This document shows, one piece after another, positions 24,651 through 38,193 of a stretch of DNA of 64,000 nucleotides. A program made the position numbers and the translations under genes. Within the stretch, counting starts at the first letter, position 1. Each line of letters starts with the position of its first letter. Below the pieces are notes generated by a model. That model saw only the letters and a list, made by a program, of their open reading frames with translations, searched no databases and was not told where the DNA came from. Origin of the DNA: the human T2T-CHM13v2.0 reference genome, Homo sapiens. The stretch is from NCBI RefSeq assembly GCF_009914755.1, contig NC_060940.1. One strand, 5' to 3'.

Positions 24651-25832
24651 CCCCCTTGGACTCTAGGGCCCTTGAGGAGAGGGTGACCAAAGCTGACAAA
24701 TTGCCGTAAAGAGACCATGCCCCAGCTGAGCCGTCCTCAGCAAGAGCCTTGTGGGGACTATGACTTCCGGTTTCAGCAGCATTTCAGGAAACGCCGGTGA
24801 CAAGGCTTTGGGAAGGGTGATGACAGTGAGGGCGGGGATGCTTGACTCTCCAGACAGTGACGATTCAGGCGGGAAACAGCAGTTACTTTGCTACAGGGAT
24901 CCACGAAAGTGTCCAAGGAGGAGACGAGGCCGTAGCTGAGTGCACAGTGGGCACCCGGTGGAGGGGGGTTCACGTGCATTGTCACTTCTGCTCTCCCACC
25001 GCCCTGGGAGTCAGGCACGATTAGAACTCCATCTCTGGAGAGGAGGCTGGGAGATGTAGAATAACTCATCCAGGACACAGCCTGTAACTCCTGGAGCTTG
25101 GATTTGAACAAGGTTGGTCATTCTGCTTTCCTTATCGATAACAAAATGGATGGGAGGAAGGTGGGGGGAGGGGCCACACTATTGGACCTCTGCACCAAAA
25201 GTGTTCAATAGAGCTGTGCAGATTTAACATCCAGACACTCTGTCAAAGATGCCGGGGAAACTCTCCTAGGGCAGTTAGTGATGTGAAGCTCAATGGACTT
25301 AAGGGCTCTTACCCTCAGAGGGCAGCTCAGCCAGGCCTGGGTTTGACCCCTGCTCTTCCCTCGCCAACTGTACACCTCAGGCAAGTTAGCTCTTGTAATA
25401 ACGTGTCCTCACATGGAAAACTGGCACAGTCCACATTCCAGAGGGTGGGGGTCCCATCGGACAATATGGATCTACCGAAGCCAGCATGGGATGGAAACTT
25501 CCTGAATAGCAGCTGCTTGGACCAATGTGATCATGTCATATCATGATCATGTCACGTCACCCGAGGACTGCACTCCCGGGCTCCCCTCCACGGCAGGATG
25601 GGAAGCCAGGTGTGAAAGTGCTACCTAGGAACACTGGGAAGCTCCCTGGGTGACCTGGGCTCCACCTGACCTGGCTGTGGTCCCCTTCCCTCCCCTCCGG
25701 AGGGACCGAGGGGCTTCCCTAACCAACAACGTCAGCCCCTTCCTCTTCTTTCTTGGCTTCTCCCTGACCAAGGCCAATGTCAGAAGATCTTCCCAGGACC
25801 TGTCAGCCACAGAGTGCGATTGTGAAAAGGGG

Positions 25833-25996
25833 GTCTGTCTATGCTGGGTGCGGAACCCTGGTCCTGTCTGTCTATGCTGGGTGCGGAACCCTGGTCCTGT
25901 CTGTCTATGCTGGGTGCGGAACCCTGGTCCTGTCTGTCTATGCTGGGTGCGGAACCCTGGTCTTGTCTGTCTATACTGCGCGCGGAACCCTGGTCC
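25833..25996 (+). repeat. 33-bp minisatellite, 5 copies
   Basis: Unit gtctgtctatgctgggtgcggaaccctggtcct; first three copies identical. Confidence 0.97.
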
Positions 25997-26198
25997 AAGG
26001 ATGCCCACCCCTCACCGGCTGCCCTGATAAACAGCCACATCTGGAGATGAGGGGTGACAGGAAAACCTTTCCTCCGCTGTGGCAGGCAGAAGAGCCTTTC
26101 CCAGCCGGGAGTGAGGCATCTGGAAACACTCAGAGACCCCATCTCCACTGTAAACACAGACAAAGCTAGAATACAGGCACATCGATAAGAAAATATAA

Positions 26199-26547
<349 letters not shown>

Positions 26548-28169
26548 AACAATTTTTTTTAACATGTTGGTGTCATGCCAGATGTTTGAGGTGACGAACA
26601 CCTTTGAAACTTTTATGGAAGTGTAATATACATAGGGAAAAGCACACGCATCATAGATGTACAGTTGGATGGCTTTTGCCAGTGCAATGTCTGTGTGCTG
26701 GTGTACGTGCAATGCTGAGTTACGGACCAGGAGGCCGGAGGGGCGTGTTCCATCCACACTGCATTCCACTAACGCAGCTTCATTCTCTAGCCCTGTCCTT
26801 CCCTCCACCTCCCCTCCTCACCAACTCTTGCTCCTCCTGACACCAGCCCAGTTTTGAGAGCTTCGGGGAGCTCCGACTCACCTCCCCTGTGGGGTCAAAC
26901 CCCCACAAAGAGCTCACAGAGCATCTCGGGCCTCTCCCTCAGGCAGTTGTAATTTTCCACTGATGTATGTGTTTGTCTCCCCCAGCTGGATGGGGACCCC
27001 CCAAGGGCAAGACCACCAGGCCTGCTATGCCCTCGCAGTTCCCTGCCCCTAGCCTTGGTTCCAGCTCTAAAACGTGAATTCTCCTTCCAAGAGAGCTACC
27101 ATGGCTTTCCTGAGACTCCCAGGGCCTCGGGAACCCACCACCCCACCTCTGAGTTGCCCACAGTCTCCAAGAGAAAACGGGAGCTGCTCCCCGAGTCCAA
27201 GCTCCTGATCAAGACTCCACAAAGGCGATGCCGAGCAGGAAGATTTATTAGCCCCTCGGCTCTGCTAAAAGCATTCTGTCAAAGAATTTGAAAAACGCAT
27301 CTCAGATTCAGTGTTGGGAGACAGCTATTCCCTCTGAGCAGGGGAGGATGTGAAACCCATCAGTCCCTGGTGTGGCTTTCCAGGCCAGCCAGGGGATCAG
27401 ATCCTGACGGACGGGGCGGCCTCAGAGGCCAGGCGCCGCGTCCTCCTGGAGAGGGGCCCCGCTGGAGCCTGGAAGGAGCGGGAGCTGGGCAGGCTGTGAA
27501 GGGGAAGGGGAAGATGGATGGGGCTGGGGGGAGCTGCTGACAGAGCGCCTGGAGGGGAATGAAGCTGGAAAAGATCCGCGCTGGGACGCAGCCCTCGGAA
27601 ACCCTGGCGGGCTCAGCCTTGGCTTCACCGGGAGCCTTGGAGAAGAGGAAACAGAAGGCTGTCAGGGAGCAGCTTCCCGGACCACCCATCAGGGAACAGG
27701 GAGGACTGTACTCCTGGAAGCCCAGGCTAGACAGGCAGGGGTCCCAGCCCATTCTGGGTAGGTGGGGGCCTTTCCAATCCAGCTCTGTTTACCCCATCCC
27801 CACCCCTCACCCAGCCCCAAATCTGCTGGGATGGCCACTCGGTGTCCAGAATGTGATTTGAAACATGCACATTCGTAAGGAGGTAGTGCAGGACCCTGCC
27901 TGCCACCCGCTGATGCCCAGGAGCCTTTGCACCCCCCAGTCCTTCAGCCACGGACTCTTTCCCCAGGTCTTACCTTGGATACCTCATTGTATTTTAGCCC
28001 AAAGGTCACTGCATCAGACAAAGCCTCCTGGTCACACACTCTAGAGTATGTGGTATCACACCCATGGTCATGCACACACAGGCACATGTACCCCTATGCA
28101 TGCACATGCTTGAATGCACACATGTGTACACATATTTACTCTCCACAATACAGCAAGGGGACTGGAGAC

Positions 28170-28335
28170 CAGGCTCTGGAGGCAGACTGACTTATTCAGC
28201 TCCTGCCTCTGCCCTATGACCTTGGGGACATGACTTAACCACTCTGTGCCTTGGTTTCTTCATAAGTGAAATGGTGGCCGATGACACTGCCCCCTTCCTA
28301 AGACTACTTGCAAGGCGGGGCTGTTAGAGAGGGTA
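28170..28335 (+). mobile_element. MIR
   Basis: ggctctggaggcagac...tgacttaaccactctgtgccttggtttcttcat. Confidence 0.7.
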
Positions 28336-28769
28336 ACACATGTGCAGGAGTTAGCCTGACAGAATTAGGACACAGAGGGAGAGGTGTCCCTGTCACCACA
28401 TCACAGCACTCAACAGGACGGGAAGTGATCTTAGCTATTCACTGGTTCGCTCACCTCTCCTCTGTCTCCCTCCCCCAGCGCTTCGTGGAGCACAGAGAAG
28501 ACTGGTAGGATGGACAGTGGATGAACGACGTTCTCAGTCTGTCCCCGGGATCCGGGTCATACACAGACCTCACACTCCACATGCAGAGTAACAAAGCAAA
28601 GCCTCCTTTGTAAGAGAGTGACAGTACAATGAGTTCATGCTCGGAAGGAAGCACCAGGCAAGTCCCTGCACACAATGGGCCCCTTAAGCAGGAGCTGAGT
28701 TCAGTGTCTCCTCTACTGCTCACATCATCCCTGCAATGCGGGCTTCCTAAGCTCTCCTTTTCTCTAGGC

Positions 28770-29130
28770 TGCCATTTACTGAACCACACTCTGTGCCAAG
28801 CAAGATGCTAAAGGCTTTCTACGCACTTCTTCCTGAGCTCTCACAACAATCCTATTGACAGGTGCTCCAACGATCTCCTTTTTGCTAAAGAGTTAACCGA
28901 GGCTTAGTGAGATTGGGTGGCATCCTTGGTCCCCAGAGAGCATGTGGTCCTGATTTGAACCCAGCAACGATCCCAGGCTCGCTCGGCTCTGACCTCACTT
29001 CCGCACACCACACTCGTGGAAGCTTTTATTGTACCCCTCATAAGACGGAGAAACCGAGGCTCTGGGAGAGCAAATGGCATGGCCAAGCACCCCAGGCCAA
29101 CCCTGGTGGGCAGCTTATACTCGACTTGAA
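28770..29130 (-). mobile_element. Two MIR fragments
   Basis: ccatttactgaacc...tctcacaacaatcct; gagaaaccgaggctc. Confidence 0.6.
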
Positions 29131-29842
29131 TCCTCCTGTCTGAAATATGCGTTCCACTCTTCCCCACAGGACCCAATGCAGCAGTTCCGGAAGGAGGAAT
29201 TCTGGCCCCCATTTGCCATAGTTGGAAAGCAGATTCATGTTGCATTCCCTTTGCCAATTTGCTTGCAGCGGGTTGATGAGGAGCAGCTCCCAGCTTGTCC
29301 CAGCCTTCATGTGGTAGGGGCTTCCAGCAACCCCCCCGCCCCAGCAAGGTCCTCACAGCGCCCCAACACTGTGGGGCTGTCCCAGCAGTGAGGCGATTAG
29401 CAGAATGATAGCAGCCAGCTGCTCGCTCCATCTGCGAGACAGACCAGAGCTGCTTGAGTGACACACTTGCAAGCTTCGCCCACGTTCCTCTCCCGGCATC
29501 ACCGGGGCGGCCAAACCCCAGGAATCTGCCTGCTTGAAGGAATCAAATCCACCGTTTCACTGCCCACGCTCAGGACCCAGAGGGTCTCTTGAAATAAGGT
29601 TCATGAGGCGGCCTCTGGATTTGATTACAAGGAAATCTGTTCCCCATCTCAACCCCTCAACTCTCTCTGCCCTCGACTGCAGGAATGTGATGCCGGCTGA
29701 TTTCTCAGCAACTCCCGCGTTTCTTGCAGACACTGGACCTGGAGCCAACTTTCTACCTGGCTTGTGCGATTCATAAATTACAGTGCAATCAAAAGACACA
29801 TTCAGAAACTGCTGGAGGTTTCAATGAGTGAGCATATCGGTT

Positions 29843-30275
29843 TCCCAGGACAACAAACTGCCACACACTGGGGGGCTTACAACAGCAGAAACTTACTCTC
29901 TCACGTTCTGGAGGCCACAAGTCCCAAATCCAGACATCGGCAGGGCTGTGCTTCCTGCGGTGGCTCTAAGGGAGGGCCCTTCCTGCCTCTTCCGACTCCT
30001 GGTGGCCCCCAGGTATTCCATGGCTTGTGGCTGCATTACTCCAGTCTCTGCCTCCGTCTTCGTGTGGTCTCTCCTCGCTGTGTGTCTCTTGTCTGTGTGT
30101 CTCCTATAAGAACACATGTCATTGGGTTTACGGCCCAGCCAGGTAATCCAGGGTGATCTCACCTTGAGCTCCTTAACTTCAGCACGTCTGCACAGGTGCT
30201 CTTTCTGAATGAGGTCATCTTCACAGACTCTGGGGATGACTTGGACTTATTTGTTGGAGGGCCACCCCTGGACCG
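29843..30275 (-). mobile_element. MLT1C-like solo LTR
   Basis: ctctcacgttctggaggcc...tggcttgtggctgcattactccagtctctgcctccgtcttc...taatccagggtgatctc. Confidence 0.85.
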
Positions 30276-30697
30276 TATACAGTGAGTTTTATTCTTCCTT
30301 CTGAGGACATGAAGAAAGGGCCCTTGCCTCCCGGCCTGTCCCTGGAGAAGAAGAACTGACCTGGGCAGGGGGCAAGGAGGTGGAGAGGAGCTCCACCCTC
30401 AGCTGTGCCATGCCCTTGGGAAGCCTTGATCTCAGTCCCCACCTGCCCTGATCTTAGAGCTGGGACTTCAGTAGGAACCCCATCTGACCAACGCCCAGCC
30501 CTCTGAGTTTACATGCCAGAGGAGGAGCTGGACACTAAATGAACACAACAAAAGATGGATAGATAAATACGTCACATGGTGACAAATGCCGTGAAAGAAA
30601 ATGCAGCAGGGTCAGGCATAAAGAATGATGGGTCAAGGCCTCCTCCTGGGCTGGGGATGAGGGCAGAAGGAGACCACGGGCACCAAGCCACTCACTT

Positions 30698-30747
30698 GGA
30701 GCCCGGGATCAACCAAACCCCGGAGCCCAGGATCAACCAAACCCTGG
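30698..30747 (+). repeat. 24-bp tandem duplication
   Basis: ggagccc(g/a)ggatcaaccaaaccc occurs twice. Confidence 0.85.
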
Positions 30748-31611
30748 GTGCACAGGAGACACTGACACCATTGGGTCCCAGAGGAGACTGACTTCTAGTC
30801 CTCATTCTGCTACTAACCAGCCCCAAGACAGGGCAAGTTGCCTCCCTTTTCTAACTCTCAAACTTCTCCTCCCTAAAGCGGGATTGGTGTCACAAATGAG
30901 TTGATGTACCTAGAAGGCTCGGCACACACCCGGGGACCAGCCCCCAGCAAACAGTGGTGACTGTCACCTCCGTCCCTGAGTTCCAATGTCCTCCAAGGTG
31001 CCTCGTTCCCTCCAGCTCTAGCCTTCTATTCTCCACCCCCGAACTGGCTCCTCCATGTCTCCAACCACTGACCAAGGACCCCTGATTATTCCTTCCGTGT
31101 TCAGCGGTGCTGGGTGGGTGGATGCAGAGGTAGCTGGGCTGATGCTGTGGCTGTGTGACCAGCTGCAAACCAGGAGAGGCTCCCGGAACACCCGCTGCCT
31201 TGGTGGGGTGCCGGGCTTTGATAGGCTGCCAGGAGCGATAGCCAGGCCTGTTTGCTTTGCCTTATCGGAGTGTTTTTCACCAGCATTGCCCCATCCCCTC
31301 TGTTCCCTCATGGAGGTTATCAGCCGCACATCCGCTGCAGGGGTGAAGCCCCACGGGTAACCTTTCCCACGCCTGCCTCTCTGTGCCCAAGACCAAGCCC
31401 CTTCCTAACACCAGGTCCCTGCTCTTCTAGAGCATCTCCCCAGAAAGGGTGAGCTTGGAAAGAAGACTCCCACTCCCTTAGAATTGGCTCTTTCCGAAGT
31501 ACTCCAGAACTCATCACTTCCAAGAAAAACCCTGGGGATGCGGACGCTGGAGGTGGGAGGCCTAGATGTTCTCTGCTACCAAGAGGCCAGCACATTAAAA
31601 CCCACTGTGGC

Positions 31612-32036
31612 ATCTGCTTTCTGAGGCTGCCATAACAAAGAACCACAGGCTTGGGGGCTTCAACAACAGGAACGTATTCTCACGTTTCTGTAGGACCCAG
31701 GTCCAAGAACAGGGTGTCAGCAGGGCAGGCTCCCCGCGGGCTGTGAGGGGACTCTGTCCCAGGCCTCTCGGGGCGTCGGGTGTGTCATGGGTTCTTTGGC
31801 CTCCTTTGACTTGTAGATGCATGGCCCAATCTCTGCCTCCATCTCTGTGAAGGCTTCTCCCGGGTTGTGTATACCTCTACCCACGTGCCCTTTGTAAGGA
31901 CACAGCCATATCAGATTAATGACCTCATCTTAACTTGACTACATCTGCAAAGATCCTACTTTCAAATAAGGTTACATTCACAAGCACTGGCATTAAGACT
32001 TCTATGCCTTTCAAAGGGACACAATTGAACCAATAA
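31612..32036 (-). mobile_element. MLT1B/C solo LTR
   Basis: ggctgccataacaaagaaccacag...tgacctcatcttaacttgactacatctgcaaaga. Confidence 0.85.
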
Positions 32037-32369
32037 CTTTTAAATACTACATCCAAGCCCGGCCCCACCCCAGATCAGCTACAGCAGCATCTCTAAGGGA
32101 AGCCAGGTGGATCTAGGGTGGATCCAACTGAACCACTGCCCCCGTCCAACAGACACAGGGAAACTAAGGCCCCCAAAGTAGACACGAGATGCCTAGTGGC
32201 ACAGATGCCTTGGGGCTGAGGCCTCCTCCCTCCTGGTTCGTGCCGCATCCTCAGCAGCAGGCCAGGGGCGGGGACTGTGCTCGAATCTGCAGGGAGGAGG
32301 ATGAGCTCCCACCGCCGAGCCCCAGAGCTGACCTTGGTTTACGAGTTTCCTGAGTCAGTGTCTGCATCC

Positions 32370-32830
32370 GTGTGCTTTCAGCTTCACAACCCATATGGCG
32401 CATGGGCGGTATCGCCCCATTCTCTCCAGGTGGAAACTAAGATTCAGAGAGGCAGATGCACTTGCTCAAGGAAGCACAGCTAGCTAGGGGCTGCAGGGCG
32501 ATGGGAAGGAAGGATTCAAACCCAGGCCCATCCAGCCCCACAGCCTGAACCACTTCCCCAAACAGTGCTGCCCGGGAAACCCAAGCCCACCCGTGCTTCT
32601 CTGCCATAAATGGTAAGGAACGCATTTCGCAGGATGACTGAAATCCTCCTGTGACCACTTCTAGAATGGCTGGGCTCAGAGTAAGGCTGACCCCTGGTCT
32701 GCTCCCAGCTCTGCCACTTACCAGCTGTGTGGCCTGGGGCAAGTCACTTTACCTCTCTGTGCCTCAGTTTCCTCATCTGTATAATAGGCTGGAAAATAGT
32801 GTCTACCAGTGAGGATGCTGGCGGATTACA
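32370..32830. mobile_element. Two MIRs in opposite orientation (minus, then plus)
   Basis: ggaaactaagattcagagagg; cccagctctgccacttaccagctgtgtggcctggggcaagtcactttacctctctgtgcctcagtttcctcatctgta. Confidence 0.8.
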
Positions 32831-34164
32831 TGGTCCCTGGGGAAATGCTGGAGACGACTGTTACCTCCAGGGCAGTGTGTGGCTCTGGCAGGGACTGGGT
32901 GCAGCTGTCCCTCAGCTGCTCACCCCTAATTTATGTTTAAGGTGAGGCCCCATCCCCACCCCCTCTCGCCCCCACCCCCGCCACGACCACATGACATCTT
33001 ACTCCCAAGGCTTGTCAGGGCCACTAGTATGGTGATAAATCTCCCGCCGGCCCCTGCCTGCCCTCCCTCTAGCGTCTCTGCAGAGACCAAGTTGTTATAA
33101 ATGTGTCCGGCCTCATGAAACCGAACCCTGCCATGCCCCGCAACGGTGGCAGCATCTTAGCCGCCATTGCCTTATCTGATTGGAAACCAATCCCTGCATT
33201 CCCCTTCCTGGGGCTCCGGGGGAGGGTCTTGCTGCTGATTCTAATCTGGGGAACGCCCCCAGGACAGGCAGGGCTCCACAGCAGGGCCAGGTGTGAGCTG
33301 CAGCAGGCCACAGGCCTGGCAAAATTGGAGGCAAAGAGGTGAGGAGCCACAACCAACCCCAGCCCCAGCCCGTGCTCGGGATCTGTCGTGCCATGTGTTT
33401 TGGGCAGTGATGACATTCTTGTCTTGTTCGCTTGTAAAAGGAACTTATTTGCTTATATAACAGAATGGTCACCCTAGTGTCATTTGGGAGTTTCAGGTAG
33501 GGTTTCCTCCAGAGTTCAAACAGTGTCTCCAGAAACGGACTTTTCTCTCTACTCCTGGACGCTGTCACCTGGGTTGGGGCTCCCACGTCTGGCCTTGTGT
33601 AGCCAGCAGGTGCTGCCAGCCGCCCCTGGCACCGCACGGCTCCCGATGTCAGTGCCGCACGAAAGAGTGAATGTGCTCATCCCAGCACCCCCAGCCAAAG
33701 CCCAGAGACACCCTCGCATTGATCTGGCCTGTACCTGTACTCTTGCTTGGCCGGGGGAAAGGCTTTTGCCAGACTTAGATGCTTCTAAAGTATCTGAAAT
33801 TTTACCAGCCCCAGCATTTTGGGATTCGAAGGGCCCACATGTAAAGTAAATATGAGCTCAAGGGTTTGGGGTGTTGGAAGAAAAGGAGGAAGACTTCAGG
33901 GCACTCAGGAAAGCCAGGGACAGCATCTCTGATTGATTGAGCCTGAATACTGGCCAGGAACCACACTTCACAGGCACTGGGTCACAAGCCCGAACAGCAA
34001 GGACATTAATGACCCAATCCACAGGTGAGGAAACCAGGGGGTGAAGAAGGTGTCTGCCCAGCTACAGTGTGTTATCTTGGTCTGAGAGCAGAACCGCCGG
34101 AAGCAAAGAACACCCCGGAACTGGAGGTCCAGGACACGCTGGAGACACGGGCAGGAGCAGCAGG

Positions 34165-34628
34165 TGTCATGGGCTGTGCACGTCTCCTGCAGCTGCTCAA
34201 ACAAATGACCACAACCTGGGAGGCTTGAAACCACACAAGCTTACTTCCTCGCAGAAAGCCGAAGTCCGGCTGAAGTCTGAAGTCCAAAATGAAGCCTAGA
34301 AAGTCCGAAATGAAGGTGTCTGCAGGGCCGTGCTCCCTCCAGAGGCTTGGGGAGAGGACCCTTCCTTCCTCCTCCAGCTTCCACTGGCCCAGGTGTTCCT
34401 CGGCTTGTGGCTGCAATGCTCCTGTCTCTGCCTCTGTCTTCACGTGGCCTCCTCCTGGTGTGTCTGGGTCTCACATCTTTCTCTGCCTCTCTTATAAAAG
34501 CACTCATGACTGTGCAGTCCAGGATGCTGTCATCTTAAGATCCTTGATGTAATCACATTAGCAAAGACCCTGTACCCAATCAGGTCACATTCACAGGCTT
34601 CAAGGATTTGATGTGGATATTTTAGGAC
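34165..34628 (-). mobile_element. MLT1C-like solo LTR
   Basis: acaaatgaccacaacctgg...ggcttgtggctgcaatgctcc...agatccttgatgtaatcaca...ggtcacattcacagg. Confidence 0.85.
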
Positions 34629-36087
34629 AGACCATTTTTCAGCCTACCACACATGCACACACACAGTGAAAATAAAAATGCTTTGCAACTGGTGCGGATC
34701 ACAAAAGTATCTGCTAGTGCTGAGGACAGAAACTTGCATTAGAGTTTGGCCCTCTGGTGTATGAACTTTCTGCACAGAAAACTGTATTGAACAAAGGACA
34801 CTAGGCCGCCATGGTGGAATGCTTCCCACAGGCTGGTTGTCATCTGCTTTGCGGCTCTTACCTGCTTTCCAAGGTGGACTCTATGCACCCACTTTACTGA
34901 TGCAGAAACGAAGACTCAGAGAGTCATTGTTTGCCCAAAGGCAGAGTGGGGATTACTACGTTGAATGCCATCGGACTCCAGAACCTGCGTCCTTCACAGC
35001 ACATCATGCTGTTCCTCTTGCTTGAAAACCTATCACTGTGAACTAATGTGAAAACCCATCACTGGAATATGATCTAATACTCATGCCGTGCACCAGCGCA
35101 CCCGAGCACTCACGGCCTGCCAGCTCACGGTTAGCACTGCTGTGCTTTCACAGATTCTACAAACATTGAAGACATGCTCCGTAGAGCCAGGCACTGTGGC
35201 AGTGTGGAGAAGGGGGGACATTTTTCTCTACCCTGGAGGAACTTAGAATCTGATAGTAAAATATGACTGCTGTAACCCATGCAACCCCGTAAAAATCTTA
35301 CAAAGTCGCTATGTTAAGATTGCTGTGCCAGTGATGAGGACGCTGGGGTTCAGAGAAGCCCTTGGCTTGGGAACAGCACAGCCAGGACTTGCCAATATGA
35401 CTAGGTCCAGAGCATATTACTCCTCTCCCTACCTTGTCCTCCTTCAATGATTGGTGGCTGTGTTTTGTTTAAAGAGTGTGAATTACAGGAAAAAAACAAA
35501 AGGGAAAATAGTGCTCTCCTACTCACTAGCTATGTGAAGTTGGGAAAGTTAACCTCTCTGATTCTCCTTTTCCTTTGCAGTAGACAAAAGCTACATCTTC
35601 TAGGAAGCCACTGCAAATAATAGAAAAACCGACCTTGAAATGTCCTGTGAAATGTAGAGAATTAATTAGGTTCCATAACTGAACAGTCGGCGGTAGAGCA
35701 ACTTCAGGTACAACCTGACCCCAGGCTGAAGCAGCATCAGCACAAATGGGTTCTTCTCTCTTTGTTTCTTAGTCTTTCTATTTTGGGCCCCTGCTCAAAA
35801 CTCATCTACACTCACGTGGCAGCCAGCATCTCCCAGGGCCACATCTGCCTACATGCTAGTCCAGCAGGAAGGAGAAAGTGTTCGGTCTCAAGGCACCCAG
35901 GAGGTATGGCTGGGCTGTCTCTGGTCAGCCACCCACATTTGAGCCAAGCAGGCTGTCCAGGGAAGGGCTGAGGGGCTGAGCCTTGGGTCATGGGCTCCTA
36001 AGTCCCATCCAGAAAATCTGGATGTTATCCAAAGAAGGAGGATGAATGCCGGGGAGGGACACAGCAAACATCCACTACGCAGGGCTC

Positions 36088-36283
36088 AATGGCTCTGCGC
36101 CCTAGGTGCACCTTAAAACCACATGGGGAGCTTTGTGAATGTATCAAGCCTCCGAGGTCCTGTGCAAGACCAGGTAAATCAGAACTACCGGGGGGTGGGG
36201 GGTGGGGGGGTGGGGGGGCCCAGGTGTTGCTACGTTTTAATCACTTCCCTATTGATTCTGTTGCGCAGCAAGATTGAGAACAC
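36088..36283. mobile_element. MER5A-like MITE
   Basis: ggtgcaccttaaaaccacatggggagcttt...aaatcagaa...caagattgagaacac. Confidence 0.6.
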
Positions 36284-36312
36284 CTGCTCACATCCTCAAT
36301 TGAGTTTTATTT

Positions 36313-36514
36313 CATTTTATTTTATTTTATTATTTCATTTCTGTTTTTGTGTTTTGTTTTGTTTTTGAGACAGAGCCTAATTCTGCCTCCCAGGCTGGAG
36401 TGCAGTGGCTCAATGATGGCTCACTGTAGCCTCAACTTGCAGGGCCTAAACCATCCCCCTGCCTCAGTGCCCCCAAGTAGCTGGGACTACAGGTGCGCGC
36501 CACCACACCCAGCC
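36313..36514 (-). mobile_element. FRAM-like free right Alu monomer
   Basis: Single monomer ending ccacacccagcc, long T-rich tail, exact 12-bp TSD tgagttttattt (36301-36312 and 36515-36526). Confidence 0.8.
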
Positions 36515-36536
36515 TGAGTTTTATTTTAAATGAAAG

Positions 36537-36760
36537 GTTTCTTAGCTTAAGCTGCCATAAAAGAAAAATACCAGAGACTGTGGCTTCAACAACCGACATT
36601 GATCTTCTCACAGTTCTGGAGGCTGGAAGTCCACGGTCTGGGTGCCACATGGTCAGGTACTGGTGAGGGCCCTGTTCCTGGCATGAGCTCCCGCTTTAAA
36701 TACCATCCCACTACGGGGAGGACTTCGGCGTATGAATGTGGCGGAGACACGATTCAGTCC
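36537..36760 (-). mobile_element. MLT1A-like LTR, internally deleted
   Basis: gctgccataa...ttctcacagttctggaggctggaagtcc...gacacgattcagtcca. Confidence 0.75.
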
Positions 36761-37894
36761 AGAGAAACGGGCTGGTACCATATTATTAACAGAAACCCAT
36801 GAATGTGCTAGGAGGAAAAGGGAAGCATCTCACACTATCTAAGACGGGGATCTAGACATTAAAACAGAACATTCTGCCATTTAATAAAACACAACCCACA
36901 ATAAGGATGATAAAGGGGCCACGGGCATGGTCCCTAACAATGCCTTCACCTCTCAACAGACTGTCACAGACATCCACCAAGGCACCCACCCCACAACTGA
37001 CCCCCCTGCAAATAGCTTTTCCACTCGGTATTAACAGAGGAGATGACCAGACGCGGTGAATTACTTGGAGCCTCAGATGCCCCAGTTGGAGTCACCATTT
37101 GTGAAGTCGCCGTCTGGTGACTGACGGGCAGACGCGAGGTCCGATCCGTCACGAGGGCAGGCTCAGGAAAGACACTTGCGTGGGAGAGCTAAAACAGATG
37201 TCAGGGCAGGGCTTGCCGGTGGAGCTCCTCCCAAGCCCCAGGGGCCCTGCCACACAGCGGCGCCTGGCCCTGGAGCACAGGGCAGGCTCCCAGGTTCTCT
37301 GAGACAGCCTCGCATTCCAGGGGCTCCTTTCCTCAGGGCAGGTGGTCAAATACCTAATGACATAAATAGTGTAGCATCCAGATGGTCATCACAAATACAT
37401 TCCAAATTTTGCAGAGAAACGAAGAATTTTTTCACCATCAGTGTATGTGAGGTCATTTATTACAGGGGCAAAACATGTTTCATCCTCCAGCAGCCCTTAG
37501 TTTCTTCTCTTTTAAGCTACAAAGACTCTCAGCCAAAACATCAGAAAGAATTGGCAGGGTCTGTTTACCTAGTTTTAAGAAATCTAACATCTTTTCAATG
37601 GGGTCCACCCCAACTTGATGACAATCAAAGCAAACTTTGAGTCTTCTACGTAAAGGATCAGCCCCATTGAATATCCCTTGATGGTGGGTGGGTGACATGT
37701 GCGTGTCCTACTGAAACTCGAGCACCTCCACAAAGATTTCGCACTGAGGACACTGCATGGTCCTGGCTCAGCCTGTGACTTCAGACTTGGGACATACAAC
37801 CTCTGTCTACCCTACAACCTCATGTCACAGAATTCTAGAATGTCCAAGCTGGAAAAGAGCCTGAGAGAAGGGGTTTTCCAGTGTCCACCCCAAG

Positions 37895-38075
37895 CCTGGA
37901 TGCTGTGGCATCACCTGGAGGACCCATACTCTGACTGACGCCTGATCCAACCCCACCCCACCCCTAGCTCCAAGGCATCCTGGCTTAGGAGCTCTGGAGT
38001 GGTGGGGTCCAGGCATTTGTATTTCCCAATGACTTCTAGGTGATGAGGATGTACATCCAGGTGGCTGCCCTGAGC
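37895..38075. mobile_element. MER5A-like MITE
   Basis: catcacctggagg...gtggggtccaggcatttgtatttcc...aggtgat. Confidence 0.6.
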
Positions 38076-38193
38076 CTGGCCTCCAGCCTGCATGAAGGCC
38101 TGCAGCTCGTCCAGAGCCACATGGCAGGACAAGGCCTCTGGGCCTTCGGCAGGCCCTCAGCACCACCCTCCCTCAAAGCTTGGCCAAGACAAT

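Noticed and set aside
25833-25996. CRISPR-like 33-bp repeats
   Set aside because: Units are contiguous with no spacers, no cas genes are present, and the DNA is primate.
29843-32036. Full MLT1 provirus between two same-strand LTRs
   Set aside because: The LTRs differ considerably, and the interval holds L2/MIR-like and unique DNA rather than recognisable MaLR internal sequence.
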